DNA of 64,000 nt from Eledone cirrhosa (Eukaryota), in contig OZ024741.1 of NCBI GenBank assembly GCA_964016885.1, positions 209,808,001-209,872,000 on the forward strand, read 5' to 3'. Below, in pieces: positions 57,901 to 64,000 of the stretch (positions within the stretch are counted from its first letter, which is position 1; the number at the start of each line of letters is the position of its first letter). The translations under genes were made by a program, and so were the position numbers. The notes beneath the pieces were generated by a model, which saw only the letters and a list, made by a program, of their open reading frames with translations, was not told the DNA's origin and did not search any database.

Positions 57901-60900
57901 CCGCAACTTAACCCCAACCTAACTTAACCGCAACTTAACTTAACCGCAACCTAACTTAACCCCAACTTAACTTAACCGCAACTTAACTTAACCGCAACTT
58001 AGCTTAACCCCAACCCTTGGTGGGATCGATCTGTAATTACTGGTACATGTGCAGACACTCATTGACTGTGTGTGGCCTGATTTTCAGAAAGATATCTCCG
58101 TAAAATAACGAGTGGTGGCTGCGTAAAATAATGAATTACGCACGGAAATGAGAAAATTTCGATTCTCGATCGTGGGCCGGCCGCATGTCGGATCGATTCG
58201 TAAATACAAGGATAATGTGCGGACACTCCTTGGCTGTGTGCGGCATGATTTTCAGGACAATATCTCCGTAAAATCAAGAGTTGATAACCCCAACTTAACT
58301 TAATCCCAACTTAACTTAACCGCAACTTAACTTAACCGCAACCTAACTTAACCCCAACTTAACTTAACCGCAACCTAACTTAACCCCAACTTAACTTAAC
58401 CGCAACTTAACTTAACCCCAACCTAACTTAACCCCAACTTAACTTAACCGCAACTTAACTTAACCGCAACCTAACTTAACCCCAACTTAACTTAACCGCA
58501 ACTTAACTTAACCGCAACTTAGCTTAACCCCAACCCTTGGTGGGATCGATCTGTAATTACTGGTACATGTGCAGACACTCATTGGCTGTGTGTGGCCTGA
58601 TTTTCAGAAAGATATCTCCGTAAAATAACGAGTGGTGGCTGCGTAAAATAATGAATTACGCACGAAAATGAGAAAATTTCGATTCTTGATCGTTGGCCGG
58701 CCGGATGTCGGATCAATTCGTAAATACAAGGACAATGTGCGGACATTCCTTGGCTGTGTGCGGCATGATTTTCAGGACGATATCTCCGTAAAATCAAGAG
58801 TTGATAACCCCAACTTATCTTAACTCCAACTTAACTTAACCGCAACTTAACTTAACCGCAACCTAACTTAACCCCAACTTAACTTAACCGCAACCTAACT
58901 TAACCCCAACTTAACTTAACCGCAACTTAACTTAACCGCAACCTAACTTAACCCCAACTTAACTTAACCGCAACTTAACTTAACCGCAACTTAGCTTAAC
59001 ACCAACCCTTGGTGGGATCGATCTGTAATTACTGGTACATGTGCAGACACTCATTGGCTGTGTGTGGCCTGATTTTCAGAAAGATATCTCCGTAAAATAA
59101 CGAGTGGTGGCTTCGTAAAATAATGAATTACGCACGAAAATGAGAAAATTTCGATTCTCGATCGTGGGCCGGCCGGATGTCGGATCGATTCGTAAATACA
59201 AGGATAATGTGCGGACACTCCTTGGCTGTGTGCGGCATGATTTTCAGGACGATATCTCCGTAAAATCAAGAGTTGATAACCCCAACTTAACTTAACCCCA
59301 ACTTAACTTAACCGCAACTTAACTTAACCGCAACCTAACTTAACCCCAACTTAAATTAACCGCAACCTAACTTAACCCCAACTTAACTTAACCGCAACTT
59401 AACTTAACCCCAACCTAACTTAACCCCAACTTAACTTAACCGCAACTTAACTTAACCGCAACCTAACTTAACCCCAACTTAACTTAACCGCAACTTAACT
59501 TAACCGCAACTTAGCTTAACCCCAACCCTTGGTGGGATCGATCTGTAATTACTGGTACATGTGCAGACACTCATTGGCTGTGTGTGGCCTGATTTTCAGA
59601 AAGATATCTCCGTAAAATAACGAGTGGTGGCTGCGTAAATTAATGAATTACGCACGAAAATGAGAAAATTTCGATTCTCGATCGTGGGCCGGCCGGATGT
59701 CGGATCGATTCGTAAATACAAGGACAATGTGAGGACATTCCTTGGCTGTGTGCGGCATGATTTTCAGGAGGATATCTCCGTAAAATCAAGAGTTGATAAC
59801 CCCAACTTAACTTAACCCCAACTTAACTTAACCGCAACTTAACTTAACCGCAACCTAACTTAACCCCAACTTAACTTAACCCCAACTTAACTTAACCCCA
59901 ACCTAACTTAACCCCAACTTAACTTAACCGCAACTTAACTTAACCGCAACTTAGCTTAACCCCAACACTTGGTGGGATCGATCTGTAATTACTGGTACAT
60001 GTGCAGACACTCATTGGCTGTGTGTGGCCTGATTTTCAGAAAGATATCTCCGTAAAATAACGAGTGGTGGCTGCGTAAAATAATGAATTACGCACGAAAA
60101 TGAGAAAATTTCGATTCTCGATCGTGGGCCGGCCGGATGTCGGATCGATTCGTAAATACAAGGATAATGTGCGGACACTCCTTCGCTGTGCGTGGCATGA
60201 TTTTCAGGACAATATCTCCGTAAAATCAAGAGTTGATAACCCCAACTTAACTTAACCCCAACTTAACTTAACCGCAACTTAACTTAACCGCAACCTAACT
60301 TAACCCCAACTTAAGTTAACCGCAACCTAACTTAAACCCAACTTAACTTAACCGCAACTTAACTTAACCCCAACCTAACTTAACCCCAACTTAACTTACC
60401 CGCAACTTAACTTAACCGTAACCTAACTTAACCCCAACTTAACTTAACCGCAACTTAACTTAACCGCAACTTAGCTTAACCCCAACCCTTGGTGGGATCG
60501 ATCTGTAATTACTGGTACATGTGCAGACACTCATTGGCTGTGTGTGGCCTGATTTTCAGAAAGATATCTCCGTAAAATAACGAGTGGTGGCTGCGTAAAA
60601 TAATGAATTACGCACGAAAATGAGAAAATTTCGATTCTCGATCGTGGGCCGGCCGGATGTCGGATCGATTCGTAAATACAAGGATAATGTGCGGACACTC
60701 CTTGGCTGTGTGTGGCATGATTTTCAGGACGATATCTCCGTAAAATCAAGAGTTGATAACCCCAACTTAACTTAACCCCAACTTAACTTAACCGCAACTT
60801 AACTTAACCGCAACCTAACTTAACCCCAACTTAAATTAACCGCAACCTAACTTAACCCCAACTTAACTTAACCGCAACTTAACTTAACCCCAACCTAACT

Positions 60901-62081
60901 TAACCCCAACTTAACCGCAACTTAACTTAACCGCAACCTAACTTAACCCAAACTTAACTTAACCGCAACTTAACTTAACCGCAACTTAGCTTAACACCAA
61001 CCCTTGGTGGGATCGATCTGTAATTACTGGTACATGTGCAGACATTCATTAGCTGTGTGTGGCCTGATTTTCAGAAAGATATCTCCGTAAAATAACGAGT
61101 GGTGGCTGCGTAAAATAATGAATTACGCACGAAAATGAGAAAATTTCGATTCTCGATCGTGGGCCGGCCGGATGTCGGATCGATTCGTAAATACAAGGAC
61201 AATGTGCGGACATTCCTTGGCTGTGTGCGGCATGATTTTCAGGACGATATCTCCGTAAAATCAAGAGTTGATAACCCCAACTTAACTTAACTCCAACTTA
61301 ACTTAACCGCAACTTAACTTAACCGCAACCTAACTTAACCCCAACTTAACTTAACCGCAACCTAACTTAACCCCAACTTAACTTAACCGCAACCTAACTT
61401 AACCCCAACTTAACTTAACTGCAACCTAACTTAACCCCAACTTAACTTAACCGCAACTTAACCCCAACCTAACTTAACCGCAACTTAACTTAACCGCAAC
61501 CTAACTTAACCCCAACTTAACTTAACCGCAACTTAACTTAACCGCAACTTAGCTTAACCCCAACCCTTGGTGGGATCGATCTGTAATTACTGGTACATGT
61601 GCAGACACTCATTGACTGTGTGTGGCCTGATTTTCAGAAAGATATCTCCGTAAAATAACGAGTGGTGGCTGCGTAAAATAATGAATTACGCACGGAAATG
61701 AGAAAATTTCGATTCTCGATCGTGGGCCGGCCGCATGTCGGATCGATTCGTAAATACAAGGATAATGTGCGGACACTCCTTGGCTGTGTGCGGCATGATT
61801 TTCAGGACAATATCTCCGTAAAATCAAGAGTTGATAACCCCAACTTAACTTAATCCCAACTTAACTTAACCGCAACTTAACTTAACCGCAACCTAACTTA
61901 ACCCCAACTTAACTTAACCGCAACCTAACTTAACCCCAACTTAACTTAACCGCAACTTAACTTAACCCCAACCTAACTTAACCCCAACTTAACTTAACCG
62001 CAACTTAACTTAACCGCAACCTAACTTAACCCCAACTTAACTTAACCGCAACTTAACTTAACCGCAACTTAGCTTAACCCC
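54982..62081 (+). repeat. Higher-order repeat: 7-monomer unit (3550 bp) x2
   Basis: Offsets 55501/59051, 56461/60011, 56981/60531, 57499/61049 and 58059/61609. Confidence 0.92.
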
Positions 62082-64000
62082 AACCCTTGGTGGGATCGAT
62101 CTGTAATTACTGGTACATGTGCAGACACTCATTGGCTGTGTGTGGCCTGATTTTCAGAAAGATATCTCCGTAAAATAACGAGTGGTGGCTGCGTAAAATA
62201 ATGAATTACGCACGAAAATGAGAAAATTTCGATTCTCGATCGTGGGCCGGCCGGATGTCGGATCGATTCGTAAATACAAGGATAATGTGCGGACACTCCT
62301 TGGCTGTGTGCGGCAGGACGATATCTCCGTAAAATCAAGAGTTGATAACCCCAACTTAACTTAACCCCAACTTAACTTAACCGCAACTTAACTTAACCGC
62401 AACCTAACTTAACACCAACTTAACTTAACCGCAACCTAACTTAACCCCAACTTAACTTAACCCCAACTTAACTTAACCCCAACCTAACTTAACCCCAACT
62501 TAACTTAACCGCAACTTAACTTAACCGCAACCTAACTTAACACCAACTTAACTTAACCGCAACTTAACTTAACCGCAACTTAGCTTAACCCCAACCCTTG
62601 GTGGGATCGATCTGTAATTACTGGTACATGTGCAGACACTCATTGGCTGTGTGTGGCCTGATTTTCAGAAAGACATCTCCGTAAAATAACGAGTGGTGGC
62701 TGCGTAAAATAATGAATTACGCACGAAAATGAGAAAATTTCGATTCTTGATCGTTGGCCGGCCGGATGTCGGATCAATTCGTAAATACAAGGACAATGTG
62801 CGGACATTCCTTGGCTGTGTGCGGCATGATTTTCAGGACGATATCTCCGTAAAATCAAGAGTTGATAACCCCAACTTATCTTAACTCCAACTTAACTTAA
62901 CCGCAACTTAACTTAACCGCAACCTAACTTAACCCCAACTTAACTTAACCGCAACCTAACTTAACCCCAACTTAACTTAACCGCAACTTAACTTAACCGC
63001 AACCTAACTTAACCCCAACTTAACTTAACCGCAACTTAACTTAACCGCAACTTAGCTTAACACCAACCCTTGGTGGGATCGATCTGTAATTACTGGTACA
63101 TGTGCAGACACTCATTGGCTGTGTGTGGCCTGATTTTCAGAAAGATATCTCCGTAAAATAACGAGTGGTGGCTTCGTAAAATAATGAATTACGCACGAAA
63201 ATGAGAAAATTTCGATTCTCGATCGTGGGCCGGCCGGATGTCGGATCGATTCGTAAATACAAGGATAATGTGCGGACACTCCTTGGCTGTGTGCGGCATG
63301 ATTTTCAGGACGATATCTCCGTAAAATCAAGAGTTGATAACCCCAACTTAACTTAACCCCAACTTAACTTAACCGCAACTTAACTTAACCGCAACCTAAC
63401 TTAACCCCAACTTAACTTAACCGCAACCTAACTTAACCCCAACTTAACTTAACCGCAACTTAACTTAACCCCAACCTAACTTAACCCCAACTTAACTTAA
63501 CCGCAACTTAACTTAACCGCAACCTAACTTAACCCCAACTTAACTTAACCGCAACTTAACTTAACCGCAACTTAGCTTAACCCCAACCCTTGGTGGGATC
63601 GATCTGTAATTACTGGTACATGTGCAGACACTCATTGGCTGTGTGTGGCCTGATTTTCAGAAAGATATCTCCGTAAAATAACGAGTGGTGGCTGCGTAAA
63701 TTAATGAATTACGCACGAAAATGAGAAAATTTCGATTCTCGATCGTGGGCCGGCCGGATGTCGGATCGATTCGTAAATACAAGGACAATGTGAGGACATT
63801 CCTTGGCTGTGTGCGGCATGATTTTCAGGAGGATATCTCCGTAAAATCAAGAGTTGATAACCCCAACTTAACTTAACCCCAACTTAACTTAACCGCAACT
63901 TAACTTAACCGCAACCTAACTTAACCCCAACTTAACTTAACCCCAACTTAACTTAACCCCAACCTAACTTAAACCCAACTTAACTTAACCGCAACTTAAC

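Larger units (their letters stand above)
1..64000 (+). repeat. Composite tandem satellite DNA array, 127 monomers of ~500 bp (274-bp core + 16-bp minisatellite tract), running off both window ends
   Basis: The same core recurs throughout (starts at 112, 631, 1135 ... 63585). Spacings from the ORF track and sequence are mostly 520, 472, 515, 440, 435, 536 or 563 bp, i.e. 280+16n, sometimes minus 5. All copies are in one orientation with no unique sequence between them. Confidence 0.99.

Noticed and set aside
137-63330. About 110 near-identical 66-93 aa minus-strand ORFs (MILRRYRPENH...) as a multicopy gene family
   Set aside because: The starts are TTG or GTG rather than ATG, and there is no recognisable domain. 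The ORF simply spans the core, and its ILRRY duplication mirrors the DNA subrepeat. Many variants are non-synonymous, a stop-creating variant (TAAATTAA) is amplified in about 14 copies, and frameshifts occur (~225, ~4250, ~9325).
1-64000. CRISPR-like repeat/spacer array
   Set aside because: The constant part is 274 bp and the intervening tracts are low-complexity repeats of one another, not unique 25-45 bp spacers. There are no cas genes or leader.
1-64000. Sequencing concatemer or amplification artefact
   Set aside because: Variants are shared in ordered, hierarchical haplotype blocks with a positional gradient. Random-error concatemers of one template would not produce that, although individual block copies still need read validation.

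Overview
The whole 64-kb window is one uninterrupted, head-to-tail tandem (satellite) array, probably eukaryotic. I count 127 monomer cores, all in one orientation, with no genes, inversions or TE insertions that I can see. Each monomer has a ~274-bp CpG-rich core (AACCCTTGGTGGGATCGATC...AATCAAGAGTTGAT), then AACCCC, then n copies of a telomere-like 16-bp unit AACYTAACTTAACCSC. Monomer length is therefore about 280+16n bp (modes 520 and 472; range 392-838). The repeat is nested at five levels: 5/6-bp AACTT/AACCT/AACCSC words, the 16-bp unit with an ordered variant code and a 48-bp triplet, a 168-bp internal duplication in the core, the ~500-bp monomer, and local higher-order repeats of 2-11 monomers plus long-range block copies. 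Diagnostic variants divide the array into a diverged left zone (<~7 kb), a middle family (~7-38 kb) and a right family (~38-64 kb). The ~72-aa minus-strand ORFs are a by-product of the repeat, not genes. The organism and chromosomal position cannot be determined from the window; an arthropod subtelomeric or (peri)centromeric array is an inference only.
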